DNA of 44,811 nucleotides from a virus (IMGVR_UViG_3300039180_001123:1-44811); one strand, 5' to 3'. Shown: positions 1-9,767, counted from the stretch's first letter. The notes: a model not told the origin generated them from the letters alone. Numbers and translations are program-made.

Positions 1-1
1 C

Positions 2-3000
2 TCCAATAGTTACGGCATTACTTCCGAATCCACCAGCTAAAGATGTTTTTAAGCTTGCTACTGTAAGTCCAGTCTTAGCTGTGTTTGCTGCAACGTCTAC
101 TCCTACATCAATTCCATCAAAAGTACTATTAGTTGTAATAGCTCCTGTCATTGCACCACCTGCTTTAGGAAGAGCAGCGTTAGCTGTCGTATTAGCAGTT
201 ACACCGGTAGCAATATCTGTATTAATTGAGTTAGCTAACTTAGCTGCAGTTACATTGTCATCTAATATCTTGGTTGTGATAACTTTATCATTACCAATAG
301 TAAGGGTGGTAGCTCCTGTTACATCACCTGTATGTGTAGCGTTTGATGTTTTAGCTGTGTTAGCGTCTATTTCAGCCAATAGTGTGTCTGCTAGTTTATC
401 TTCGGTTACCTGATCATCACCAATATAGGCAGTCTTTATAGTTGTACCTTGCCATACCCCTGAACTGATAGTTCCTACCTCTGTAATATCTAAAGCATTT
501 ATATCAGCCTTGCTTTGATCTGCATTAGTAACCTTTGCAGTATTGGCATCTATCTCTGCTAATAATGTATTATCTAGTTTATCTTCTGTAATCTGATCAT
601 TACCAATATAGGCAGTCTTTATAGTTGTACCTTCCCAAACTCCTGTATCTATTGTACCTACCGTAGTGATGGCTAAACCATCAATATCAGACTTACTTTG
701 ATCAGCTGTCGAATTATTTTCTACTCCAAGTATTGCTCGAACCTCAGTTGCTGACATAGCCTTTGGCACACCTGCATTATCTGCAGTTCTACCTATGATT
801 GTGTTTGTAGCTACATTATCTAGCTTAGCCATTGTTATATTAGCATCTGCTATATAAGCGGTCTTTATAGTTGTTCCTTGCCAAACACCAGAGCTGATGG
901 TTCCTACCTCTGTAATGTCTAAAGCATTTATATCACTTTTACTTTGATCCGAATTTGTAACTTTAGCTGTATTGGCATCTATCTCAGCTAATAATGCATT
1001 AGCCAATTTATCTTCGGTTACCTGATCATCACCTATGTATGCTGTTTTTATAGTTGTACCTTGCCAAACACCAGTTCCTATTGTTCCAACTGTTACTATA
1101 CTCGAACCACCTGCTATTGGAGAATATATTGATGATATATTTGTACCGTTATCAAAGTAGTCTGCAGCATACATATTACCACTTGAACTTATATTACCTG
1201 ATGCTGTTATATTTCCTGTAAAGGTTGCATCATTATTTCCATCTAGTCGTAAGGCTGGTGAAATTGCTGAACCATCATATGTTTTAAATGTTAAACTATA
1301 ATTGTTTGTTTCTCCTTCTACAATTCTTGCATCACCATTTGACCAATCAATTATTCCTCCACTAGGTAATTCTAAATCTGAACCATGAACTGCACCTGTA
1401 GCTGTAATTGTTCCAGCTGCACTTATATTACCTGAGGATGTTATGTGTGAATTTGTAGTTATACTACCTGTTATGGTTGTTCTATCAAAGTTAGTATTCC
1501 CAAGACTAATAGTATTACCATATCTAGCAATATAATGTCTAGAGGTTCCTCCACTATCATTAATTCTATAAGTATTATCTGCATAGAAATTTTCGGCTAT
1601 TAAATCACCACTTGAACTTATATTACCTGAGGCTGTTATGTGACCATTAAATAAATGTGTGTCTGAAATTGCATCGCCAAATATATTTGAACCTTCTGTG
1701 TAAATTACTGATGAAGTTACAATTGATGATGTAATTGAAGTTGCAGTTAACGAACCTACAATTATATCAGGAACGCCTGTTAGACCTGTTGCTGTTCCTG
1801 TTATATTACTATCTGTAAATGCAATTGTTTTCCACGCTAGTGTTGTATTAATAGCGGTGCCATTGAAACTTCTATAGTACATACTACCATTAGAACTAAA
1901 GCCTAACTGACTATTGTAATTACCTGAGTGTCTATTGAGAGTTATAACACTATTTGAATTATTTGTTGCTGAAAACAATCCTGTAACAGTGGAACTTATC
2001 TGCCCACTATATTGAAGGTGGTTTGTACTAGGTGCAGTAGTTAATGAGAATCCGCCCGATAATGCTTTAGAGTAACCCGTAGTATTTTGATTGAGAGTTG
2101 CTACCCTTGCAGCTGCTATTGTTCCTGTTGTAATATCAGTACCATCCCAAACGTGAGCGTCAACATAAGCTTTAGTTGCAGCATGTAAATCACTTGATGG
2201 AGCTCCGTCTAGAGTTATTTTACCAGTCATTGTACCACCTGCTTTTGGAAGAGCAGCGTTAGCTGTTGTTTGTGCTGAAGCTGCATTAGTAACACCAGTA
2301 CTACCTCTATCGTAAGCAGCTTTTGCAGCTGTTGCTGATGCAACTTGTGTACTTGATGTTGTGCTTATTGAATCTGTTATTGCAGAAATTTTATTTGTTG
2401 TCCATACCTCAGTCCAGTTTTGCCAACCCGTTCCTTGTGGTGAAGCACTGTTTTGATTATATTGTCTAATCCACATACCAGCCTCAGAGTAGTCTTCGTT
2501 AGTGCTTATTTGTAAAGCATTAGAAGTGCTACCTCCTAAAGTATATATACTAGAATAATTTATAGGTCTATTTGAAGTTGATCCGTTTGTTGCGTGCGTG
2601 CTAAAGATAGTTCTAGTATCACTGTTTATGTCATCAGTAGCAGCATAATGTTTTGGTTTAAATGTTGTTTCACCAGATATATCAGCATTACCGTTTATAT
2701 CTAGTGACCCACCTTCGATCTCACCTGTTACAGTAAGCTGCCCTGCTTTATCTAACGTCATTACAGTTGCTAGACTACCTCCTGCGTTCGTACCGTGTTT
2801 CCATAACCAACTATCATTCCCAGATCCACCACCCCAAAGTTCAGAACTAGTATACATCGCTCCACTGTCAGTTTCGTCTTGCCTACTTACTAGGTGAATC
2901 GTTCTGTCGTCGGTATATACTCCAAAGTATTCCCCAGCGTTTCTACCAACCTTAAATTGAGGCGTCGTTGGAGTGGTACCACTCACCGTATAGATCTCTA

Positions 3001-3463
3001 ATCCAGCATCATCTGATGGATGTAGTATTATAAGACCATCCTCACTTTGATCCCAAAGCATATATGCTCCAGCTGTTGCTCCGAATAATTTAACATCGTG
3101 CCCAGTATCGTTGACCCCTACGTTAATATCACCTGAAAATGTAGATGTACCAGATGTGTCAAATGTATTCAATGTTGGTGATTCTACAACTAATGTAGTA
3201 TCACTTGAACCTATAGTTAACGTGACACCATTTGAACCATCTTCTGCTTTTATATTACCTGATTGTTCAAATAGAATGTCTACATTATTTGTTCCATCAC
3301 CAATATAGATGTCAGATGCTCCATCTCCTAACAGTATATCACCTACAGCATTGCTAATAACTAGATCATTACCATTCTGGGTTATTGCTCCACATTCAGC
3401 TCCTGAACTATTATCAAATACTATATCTCCATCTGCTGGTGTAATTAAAATGTCTTTTGCCAT
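2..3463 (-). CDS. Long mosaic tail fibre-like protein, 3'-truncated by the window edge (>1150 aa; absent from the ORF track because it has no stop)
   Basis: ATG at 3463 (MAKDILITPADGDIVFDNSSG...), immediately after the TAA of the upstream gene at 3465-3467. The frame reads open to position 2. Fibre hallmarks: AALPKAGGxMTG twice, LHAATKAYVD, a knob-like segment ending GWQNWTEVW, three (H/N)IT(A/S)SGNIS motifs and internal repeats. Confidence 0.85.
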   Translation of the reverse strand, partial: MAKDILITPADGDIVFDNSSGAECGAITQNGNDLVISNAVGDILLGDGASDIYIGDGTNNVDILFEQSGNIKAEDGSNGVTLTIGSSDTTLVVESPTLNTFDTSGTSTFSGDINVGVNDTGHDVKLFGATAGAYMLWDQSEDGLIILHPSDDAGLEIYTVSGTTPTTPQFKVGRNAGEYFGVYTDDRTIHLVSRQDETDSGAMYTSSELWGGGSGNDSWLWKHGTNAGGSLATVMTLDKAGQLTVTGEIEGGSLDINGNADISGETTFKPKHYAATDDINSDTRTIFSTHATNGSTSNRPINYSSIYTLGGSTSNALQISTNEDYSEAGMWIRQYNQNSASPQGTGWQNWTEVWTTNKISAITDSISTTSSTQVASATAAKAAYDRGSTGVTNAASAQTTANAALPKAGGTMTGKITLDGAPSSDLHAATKAYVDAHVWDGTDITTGTIAAARVATLNQNTTGYSKALSGGFSLTTAPSTNHLQYSGQISSTVTGLFSATNNSNSVITLNRHSGNYNSQLGFSSNGSMYYRSFNGTAINTTLAWKTIAFTDSNITGTATGLTGVPDIIVGSLTATSITSSIVTSSVIYTEGSNIFGDAISDTHLFNGHITASGNISSSGDLIAENFYADNTYRINDSGGTSRHYIARYGNTISLGNTNFDRTTITGSITTNSHITSSGNISAAGTITATGAVHGSDLELPSGGIIDWSNGDARIVEGETNNYSLTFKTYDGSAISPALRLDGNNDATFTGNITASGNISSSGNMYAADYFDNGTNISSIYSPIAGGSSIVTVGTIGTGVWQGTTIKTAYIGDDQVTEDKLANALLAEIDANTAKVTNSDQSKSDINALDITEVGTISSGVWQGTTIKTAYIADANITMAKLDNVATNTIIGRTADNAGVPKAMSATEVRAILGVENNSTADQSKSDIDGLAITTVGTIDTGVWEGTTIKTAYIGNDQITEDKLDNTLLAEIDANTAKVTNADQSKADINALDITEVGTISSGVWQGTTIKTAYIGDDQVTEDKLADTLLAEIDANTAKTSNATHTGDVTGATTLTIGNDKVITTKILDDNVTAAKLANSINTDIATGVTANTTANAALPKAGGAMTGAITTNSTFDGIDVGVDVAANTAKTGLTVASLKTSLAGGFGSNAVTIG
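350..1095 (-). repeat. Intragenic coding repeats in the fibre gene: four copies of VGTIxxGVWxGTTIKTAYI, arranged as a duplicated block
   Basis: The TAGTTG anchor of the repeat occurs at 439, 622, 868 and 1051, giving spacings of 183, 246 and 183 nt (all multiples of 3). Block ~850-1090 matches ~422-662 at an offset of 429 nt. Confidence 0.9.
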
Positions 3464-3464
3464 A

Positions 3465-6179
3465 TTATAGTCTCCCGCTTATTCGTTTTTTTCTTGTACC
3501 AAAAGTGTTAGCGCTACTATCATACACATTAACTACCACTTTAGATATAGCATCTGCTTGTGTTTTATTTGTTGTAAAACTGTGTGGTTTACTCACTGAA
3601 ACTCTTATTGGTCTCATGAAAGAGTCTTCACTCGCTAAGTCACTATCTCTAAGTATCAACCCATAAGTTATAAAGTAATCCCTAGGTTGCGCAGGAATCA
3701 TTAGTGATTTAGTTTGAAAAGCCCCAATACATCCGGAATCAAACTGTACCTGAGCGTTCCAACCGTTAGCGCCAGTATCAGCCGAAGGATCTGTAATCAT
3801 AGTGGAATCGTTTCCAGCTTTATATTTACCCTGCTGACCGTAGGGGCCAAACTGTGCTTCTAATCTAGGATAATCTCCAGTGCTAATATTCGCGGCTGTA
3901 CCATCGTACTCCGTAGTAACCTTAAAAGAAGCCTCTAATTTCACCACTGTTCCAGCTTGTATAAATAAAGTGTCTGTAATTCCAGACCCTTGTGTTTCAT
4001 TGTCATTTGTCCAAAATAACCTCCATTCATTTGATTTTTCTTTAAAGACAGCTGTCTCCCCTTGTATTATTATCGGGAAAGAATCTATACCAAATCTATT
4101 ATTTACAATCCTAATCATAGAGTTGTTATTGCTCTTGACTGTTTCATAAGAGTTATAGCTTGACCCAAATTTCCTAAAAGCGTTGTTAGGGTAATACAAG
4201 CCATTCCCCCCATCACCATAAATCTTCCTAGTCTGATCCCAAAGGTTTGGTGTAATTTGGCCGTCATAAAATGTTATTAGTGCAATATCAGTGTCCTTAT
4301 ATAGAAAGTTTTTGTACTTATCCGCGTAAAGCCTTTTAATAAAAGGGTTTCTCGTGGTGCCAGAAAATCTATACGCATAGTTCATAACTTGACTGTCTAG
4401 GTATCCTATTCCAAAATCACACTGCCTATCGTTTTGTCTTAAAATATTGTTAAACTTCATACCATAGTCCTCAGCCATTCTAGCCGTCCAATACCCCATG
4501 AAGTTGTATTCTGCGTAGCTAGCCTCAGTATGAAAACAATATGCATTGTTAGCCATTGATATGTGTCCGGAAGACTTAGTAAAGTAACCTGTACTCCACC
4601 TCCAGTAGCCATTCCCAGTTCCTATTACAACGCAATTACGATCAACATGACCATATGGATGCCTAGTACATAAGCTTGGGTAAGAGTCACCATCTCTTGT
4701 AGGGTTAGAACATAAAGAATAAGCTGTTATAACACATCCATCAACATAGTTTTCTCCAGTTTGACTTATACCATTCGAAGTGTGCACCGTTGCGTTCGTG
4801 TGACTAGAACCCGTGGTGCCTTCTGCGTATCTACCGTTATAACCGCCTATAGTAACACCTGCTCTGAAATTTGTACTATCATTAGTATTATACCCTAGGT
4901 TTTTAAACCTAACATATTTTAGTTTAATTCTTCTCGTCGCAGCATTGTAATAAGTGGTGCTTGTCCAGTACTTAACACTAAAGAATACTCTAGCTGTGTC
5001 TTGATCTCCATCAGCAACTTCATCTCCATTTGCCGCACAAGCTTTTATAACAACACCTCTAGTCATCCTTATAACATAACAACCCACTATAGAATCGTAT
5101 ACAATATCTCTATTTACAGTGATATCAGCTCCACTAATCCCGGTTACAGTGTATAGAAGGTTGTGCCTCCAAGTGTTTGATTCGCTACCACTAGCGTAAT
5201 TAACAACTGTATTGGACATGGACTCAAGAGCTATCTCATCACCCACACTAAAGTCCGAGGCGTTAGCCACGCTTATAACTCTTTGGGCGTCCGCGCTAAG
5301 TATAGCTGTGGTAGTTGTTGTGGCTGTCCTTCTAACATAAGCGTCGACATTGTGGTATATCTCTATACCAGTCTCGTAAACAGTAACCCCATCTACTGAC
5401 CCAGTCACATTACTAGCCAACGTTATGGTTCCACCAGATATACCGGTAACTGTAAGAGCGTTTCTATTGTTACCAGTACCAAAAACCAACTTATACCCAA
5501 CTCTAAACTGCTTTGCCTCAGTCTTGTCAACTAATATAGTCGCGCCGCTGCTACTGATTATAGTTGCTGTGGGTCCAATGAACTTTCTAACGTATATTCT
5601 TTTATTACCAGAATCTATGTCATGCACTTTAAAACACTCATCCGCGTTTCTAGTCCAATTTATTTCTCTTTCATAAACAGAGATCAAATCTCCAGTTGCA
5701 AAGTTTGTGATACTATCTACAGTTAGATAGGTGTCTTCGTAATCCGCAGCGGCACTTAGTTGAGTTACCAATGTGGGTTCACCACCATCAAGATCAACAC
5801 CGCACCATTTATTATCATCGATAGATATACCATGTTGTGCTGAGTTATTACCTGATATTTTAATCTCACTCCCAGCAACCATGCTAAGTAAAGATCCAGA
5901 GCTATCAGTGCCTTCTACAAACTCACCAGCCGCAGTAACATTGTTACTTCTATTAGCAACAGTCATACGACCATTCAAATGCATTTTACCACCATCAGCA
6001 AAATGTAAGTTACCATCGATAGTTACATCACCTGTTATAACCGATTGTATGTCAGTACTTAGAGTTACCTTATGCCCATGTGCTATGATAACTAAATCAT
6101 TGTTAGTTGGAATAGCTCCACCAGCCCACGTTCCCGTGGCATGCCAATTACCTGTCTGTGTACTAGTTATCGTTGCCAT
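3465..6179 (-). CDS. 904-aa putative receptor-binding or tailspike-like protein with a G8-like N-terminus and a probable beta-helix region
   Basis: N-terminus TSTQTGNWHATGTWAGGAIPTNNDLVIIAHGHKVTL resembles G8-type starts. The middle and C-terminus are Asn/Tyr/Gly-rich and beta-strand-like. It lies within the fibre cluster. Confidence 0.55.
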   Translation of the reverse strand: MATITSTQTGNWHATGTWAGGAIPTNNDLVIIAHGHKVTLSTDIQSVITGDVTIDGNLHFADGGKMHLNGRMTVANRSNNVTAAGEFVEGTDSSGSLLSMVAGSEIKISGNNSAQHGISIDDNKWCGVDLDGGEPTLVTQLSAAADYEDTYLTVDSITNFATGDLISVYEREINWTRNADECFKVHDIDSGNKRIYVRKFIGPTATIISSSGATILVDKTEAKQFRVGYKLVFGTGNNRNALTVTGISGGTITLASNVTGSVDGVTVYETGIEIYHNVDAYVRRTATTTTTAILSADAQRVISVANASDFSVGDEIALESMSNTVVNYASGSESNTWRHNLLYTVTGISGADITVNRDIVYDSIVGCYVIRMTRGVVIKACAANGDEVADGDQDTARVFFSVKYWTSTTYYNAATRRIKLKYVRFKNLGYNTNDSTNFRAGVTIGGYNGRYAEGTTGSSHTNATVHTSNGISQTGENYVDGCVITAYSLCSNPTRDGDSYPSLCTRHPYGHVDRNCVVIGTGNGYWRWSTGYFTKSSGHISMANNAYCFHTEASYAEYNFMGYWTARMAEDYGMKFNNILRQNDRQCDFGIGYLDSQVMNYAYRFSGTTRNPFIKRLYADKYKNFLYKDTDIALITFYDGQITPNLWDQTRKIYGDGGNGLYYPNNAFRKFGSSYNSYETVKSNNNSMIRIVNNRFGIDSFPIIIQGETAVFKEKSNEWRLFWTNDNETQGSGITDTLFIQAGTVVKLEASFKVTTEYDGTAANISTGDYPRLEAQFGPYGQQGKYKAGNDSTMITDPSADTGANGWNAQVQFDSGCIGAFQTKSLMIPAQPRDYFITYGLILRDSDLASEDSFMRPIRVSVSKPHSFTTNKTQADAISKVVVNVYDSSANTFGTRKKRISGRL

Positions 6180-6351
6180 CTATTTCTATTTCTTCAAATT
6201 GTGTTTGATAAGCTGATACGTTTAGCGCAATCTCAAGAGAAAGCTCTTCATCAGTGTCCACCTTTTTAGTAACTACTGTTTCCATTAAAGTCTCATCGTC
6301 TATTATAACTATTGTTCCATCTGATTTATTATAGGTAATACTAATTATCAT
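6163..6351 (-). CDS. Small acidic hypothetical protein (62 aa), possibly a fibre-associated chaperone
   Basis: Overlaps both neighbours by a few codons in the same orientation, consistent with translational coupling. Confidence 0.6.
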   Translation of the reverse strand: MIISITYNKSDGTIVIIDDETLMETVVTKKVDTDEELSLEIALNVSAYQTQFEEIEIDGNDN

Positions 6352-7180
6352 GTTTTATTTGCTCCGTATCTTTCCTACTAGCGTGTATTAGGAAATAACA
6401 ATTTGGTGTTTTAAATATTCCCGCACTAATATAGACTTTATTATTTTTAATTTCTTTTACGTATAAATTTTGATGTTTACCTATGGATGTTAATTGCACT
6501 GTTAGTGTGGTGTTATCAATTAACCATTCCCATTCTTTAGGTAGTTCTATGACATTATTATTGCATTTTCCTTTGTGGAATACATCGTGCTGTCTACCCT
6601 CTAAACTTCCATATTCTAATTTACCCCCATCAGGAGTATCAATAACAAAGGATTTGGTTGTTGCTCGTAAAGCACCTGTAATGGTTGTATCACTTGTAAT
6701 TGAAATACTATCATTATTTTCAATTTTAAATGGTGTGCTTGTATGGGTAGTTAACGATATAGTTCCTGTAGCTCCTCCTGAACCAACTGTTATGTCTCCA
6801 CTACCCTGTAATACAGTTGCTCCACTAATTTTATATGAACTTGCTTGTGCTGTGCCACCAATTGTTGCAGCTCCACCTACTGTTAATGTAGAAGTACTAC
6901 TACCACTTATATTACCTGAGGCTGTTATATTATTTGTTATTGTTGTTGCACCATCTGCTGCAAATTGTATTAGAGCTGATGAACCACTAAGTATAGTTAA
7001 TGTGTTTGAACCATGAGTATCAAAACCATGTCTTCCTCCTCCTATATATAAATCATCTCCTATTGTTACATCTCCACCAAGTGTATGAGATAATCCACTT
7101 GCACTTATATTACCTGATGCTGTGATATGATTAAATGTGGGAGAACCCCCTTGCGTTGCAACTTTTTTCCAATTCGGCAT
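6341..7180 (-). CDS. Short tail fibre-like protein (279 aa) with a C-terminal KSFVID...LEYGSLEG domain
   Basis: SD AAGGAG upstream. N-terminus MPNWKKV resembles MASWKKV of the 742-aa gene. Two ITASGNIS motifs. The C-terminal KSFxI...LxxxxLEG...IELPxxW...VQLT pattern is typical of phage fibre C-terminal (chaperone-like) domains. Confidence 0.7.
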   Translation of the reverse strand: MPNWKKVATQGGSPTFNHITASGNISASGLSHTLGGDVTIGDDLYIGGGRHGFDTHGSNTLTILSGSSALIQFAADGATTITNNITASGNISGSSTSTLTVGGAATIGGTAQASSYKISGATVLQGSGDITVGSGGATGTISLTTHTSTPFKIENNDSISITSDTTITGALRATTKSFVIDTPDGGKLEYGSLEGRQHDVFHKGKCNNNVIELPKEWEWLIDNTTLTVQLTSIGKHQNLYVKEIKNNKVYISAGIFKTPNCYFLIHASRKDTEQIKHDN

Positions 7181-7193
7181 ACTTTATCTCCTT

Positions 7194-7254
7194 ATATGGT
7201 TGGTAACAGTTAGACTGCCCACTTCCTAATGTCGCCACGACATCGGGCCAATAT
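7194..7254 (-). ncRNA. Candidate structured cis-regulatory RNA in the leader of the 279-aa fibre gene
   Basis: Minus-strand sequence AUAUUGGCCCGAUGUCGUGGCGACAUUAGGAAGUGGGCAGUCUAACUGUUACCAACCAUAU. Pairings: AUGUCG/CGACAU, CAGU/ACUG, UUGG/CCAA and GCCC/GGGC. It is GC-rich in an otherwise AT-rich intergenic context and abuts the SD. Confidence 0.5.
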
Positions 7255-7458
7255 TTAAGTTATTTTCTGTTCTTTATCTAAAACCTGTTTATATTCTTTT
7301 TGCAATTTCATCGTGATAATAATTAAATTTTCCATTTCATCACCTGTGAAAGTACATTTTTTTAGTATTGTTAATAAGAATCTTAGTTCATCTGATGTTA
7401 GAGGGTGTATAAACTCAACACCACCTACCTTAAATCCACCTTTAAAATTTACAGCCAT
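7255..7458 (-). CDS. Hypothetical protein (67 aa)
   Basis: Clean ORF filling the gap between two fibre genes, helical composition. Confidence 0.75.
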   Translation of the reverse strand: MAVNFKGGFKVGGVEFIHPLTSDELRFLLTILKKCTFTGDEMENLIIITMKLQKEYKQVLDKEQKIT

Positions 7459-7470
7459 ATAGATCTCTTA

Positions 7471-9699
7471 TTAAGCTGTTCTTATATAGATATCTTGTGT
7501 GTCAGTTTCAATCCACATCTCACCGATTCCATAATCAGCATCTCCAGCGCCTGGTGCAGAGGTTGATGTTTTTACTGTTGTTACATATTGTAAATGAGCT
7601 TGTGCAGCTGTTGAATCCTTTGCGACACCTTTAGCTACTGCCCACCTTTGTGCTGAGTTATCGTGGTATAGTGCAGAACCAGAACCTGCTGCTGAACCAC
7701 TTTGAACTACTATACCAGCATCTATATTAGAACCTTGAGAACCACTAGCTAAGAATAAAAATTGGTCTTTTACTTCGATATTTGTAGTTGCAACTGAAGT
7801 CGTTGTACCGTTTACTGTTAAATCTCCACCTATGACAACGGCTCCTGTAGTTGTAACTGTATCTATATAAGCGTTTTTCCAATACTTTGTTGGTGCACCT
7901 AAATCTACATCACTATCAGCTTCTGGGCTGAAAATGTTATCAACTAAACTTACTTGGTTAATATTGTTTGCTCTAAGTATAAGTTTATTGTCAGTAGTAC
8001 TAAAGTCAATTAAGTTTTGAGAATCCCTACCTACTTTAAGAGAAGTATTATACACTGAGGTTATTGCAGTCTGCGCAGGAGTTACACTTAATGTACTTCC
8101 TCCTCCACCACTAATACCCGTTCCTTGTGTTGCTAACCTTATATCTTCACCATTAGCTTCTAAACCTGTACCAACAAAATCACTAACATCTATGTTTAAC
8201 GTAACATTACCTGTTGTACCACCGTCTTGTAAACCATCACCAGCAGTTACACCAGTTATATCACCAGCAGTTATTGAGGATGCGATCGCAGCTCCTAATG
8301 AAGCTGATGTAAATATTCCTCCGTTAATTGTAGCAGTTGACATTGCTACTGTTCCACTTGCACTTATAGTACCTGATGCTGTTACATTAGATCTCAAGTG
8401 TAGTGTTGAACCATCTACAGCTGATGGATATGTTTCATGCCCAAATGTTAAAACATTTCCTAAAACGCCTACCCCATGCATCCCGTCTACGTGGTAAGTA
8501 TCTGCTGAAATAAGTCCACTTGCACTTATATTACTTGAAGCTGTTACGTGTGTTGTATTAACATTAGTTATATCCCCTACTGTTAAGGTACCCGCTATCG
8601 CAGCGTCATCAGTTGATTTTAAATGTTCTGCTTGGATTTGACCTGATGTAACTAGTGCTGCAGTTGATAATAAACCTGAACTTGGGTTATAACTTAATCC
8701 TGTATCTGTTTCTAAACCCTGTGTTCCTGTTGCTCCATCTACAAATGTTAGATATGTTGTTTCATTAGCTGTATTATTAGCTGTGGCTGTTATGGATGTT
8801 GCAAGAGTTGATGTGGCTGCATTTCCTTCTACATCTCCTATAAAACGGTTTGCTGTAATTGCTCCACTTGAACTTATATTACCAGATGCTGTTACGTGTC
8901 CTGTATGGAACAGAGCTCCTGCATTACTAAGTCTTAATCTTATTGTGCCGTTTGTATTAAGATCTATTATGTTATCACTAAATCCTAACATAGTAGTAGT
9001 GTCACCATCATGTCTCAGTTGATCTGCGTATACATGACGTATATTAGTAACATCTGTTGTATCGTCACCAACTATATTACCATTTGCTGTTATATCACCT
9101 GATACTGTTAAACTTGATAGAGTTCCTAAGCTAGTTATATTTCCTTGTGTTGCTTGAGTTGTTGCTGTGTCTGGTGCTAAACCGGCAATTGTACCAACTG
9201 TAGATGCTTGTAAGTTTTGTACTCGAGTGGTTGACGTTACTGTTAAAGGTGCTGTCCCTATTGCTATATCTGATGTTAATGTTTTTGCTCGAAAGCCGTG
9301 TGCACCTATATCAATATCAGATGTTGCTTCTATAGCTGCGGTAGTTAATGTTGAAATAGTTGTTGATCCAATTGTACCTCCTTCTATTGCATCACCACTA
9401 ATTTGATTTGCAGCTAGCGTTAAGGTACCAGCTGAGACATTTAAAGTTTTTCCTGAACCTACGGTTATATTTGAAGTTGCAATTGTAGTACCGTCGATAG
9501 TACCAGCATTGATGTCTGCTGTATCTGCCACTAGACTATCAATATTTGCAGTACCGTCTATGTATAAATTATTCCATTCTCTTGTAGCCGAACCTAGATT
9601 TGATCCTGCATCAGAAGTCGGTACAATATCGCCGCTTGCTGATATTTGATTTAGTACAGCATTTGAACCGCTTACTATTACTTTTTTCCATGATGCCAT
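7471..9699 (-). CDS. Tail fibre-like protein (742 aa)
   Basis: SD GGAG. Thr/Gly/Ser-rich. Fibre motifs PxxDxxxxLGxxxxxWxNxYID (twice), GDITGVTAGDGL, GDLTVNGTTTSVATTNIEVKDQFLFL, and three VTASxxISxSG motifs. Confidence 0.8.
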   Translation of the reverse strand: MASWKKVIVSGSNAVLNQISASGDIVPTSDAGSNLGSATREWNNLYIDGTANIDSLVADTADINAGTIDGTTIATSNITVGSGKTLNVSAGTLTLAANQISGDAIEGGTIGSTTISTLTTAAIEATSDIDIGAHGFRAKTLTSDIAIGTAPLTVTSTTRVQNLQASTVGTIAGLAPDTATTQATQGNITSLGTLSSLTVSGDITANGNIVGDDTTDVTNIRHVYADQLRHDGDTTTMLGFSDNIIDLNTNGTIRLRLSNAGALFHTGHVTASGNISSSGAITANRFIGDVEGNAATSTLATSITATANNTANETTYLTFVDGATGTQGLETDTGLSYNPSSGLLSTAALVTSGQIQAEHLKSTDDAAIAGTLTVGDITNVNTTHVTASSNISASGLISADTYHVDGMHGVGVLGNVLTFGHETYPSAVDGSTLHLRSNVTASGTISASGTVAMSTATINGGIFTSASLGAAIASSITAGDITGVTAGDGLQDGGTTGNVTLNIDVSDFVGTGLEANGEDIRLATQGTGISGGGGSTLSVTPAQTAITSVYNTSLKVGRDSQNLIDFSTTDNKLILRANNINQVSLVDNIFSPEADSDVDLGAPTKYWKNAYIDTVTTTGAVVIGGDLTVNGTTTSVATTNIEVKDQFLFLASGSQGSNIDAGIVVQSGSAAGSGSALYHDNSAQRWAVAKGVAKDSTAAQAHLQYVTTVKTSTSAPGAGDADYGIGEMWIETDTQDIYIRTA

Positions 9700-9712
9700 T
9701 TTTTTTCTCCGT

Positions 9713-9728
9713 GTTTCTAATTAGAAAC
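9713..9728. promoter_or_regulatory. Perfect 16-bp palindrome GTTTCTAATTAGAAAC in the 5' leader of the 742-aa gene
   Basis: Read directly from the sequence. It lies between the ATATTTATA motif (9751-9759) and the SD (9707-9710). Confidence 0.5.
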
Positions 9729-9750
9729 GATTTTTATATTATACTACATA

Positions 9751-9760
9751 TATAAATATG
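9751..9760 (-). promoter_or_regulatory. Putative late promoter motif CATATTTATA
   Basis: The same motif recurs in intergenic gaps upstream of genes at 15773, 20352, 23538, 25588, 35464 and 42713. Confidence 0.6.
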
Positions 9761-9767
9761 CCTAAAG

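Noticed and set aside
350-1095. Possible diversity-generating retroelement TR/VR pair among the fibre repeats
   Set aside because: All copies are in-frame coding, differences are not adenine-specific, and no reverse transcriptase is present in the window.
7194-7254. tRNA or simple intrinsic terminator reading of the structured element
   Set aside because: No cloverleaf or TTC loop, and no U-tract after either stem on the coding strand.
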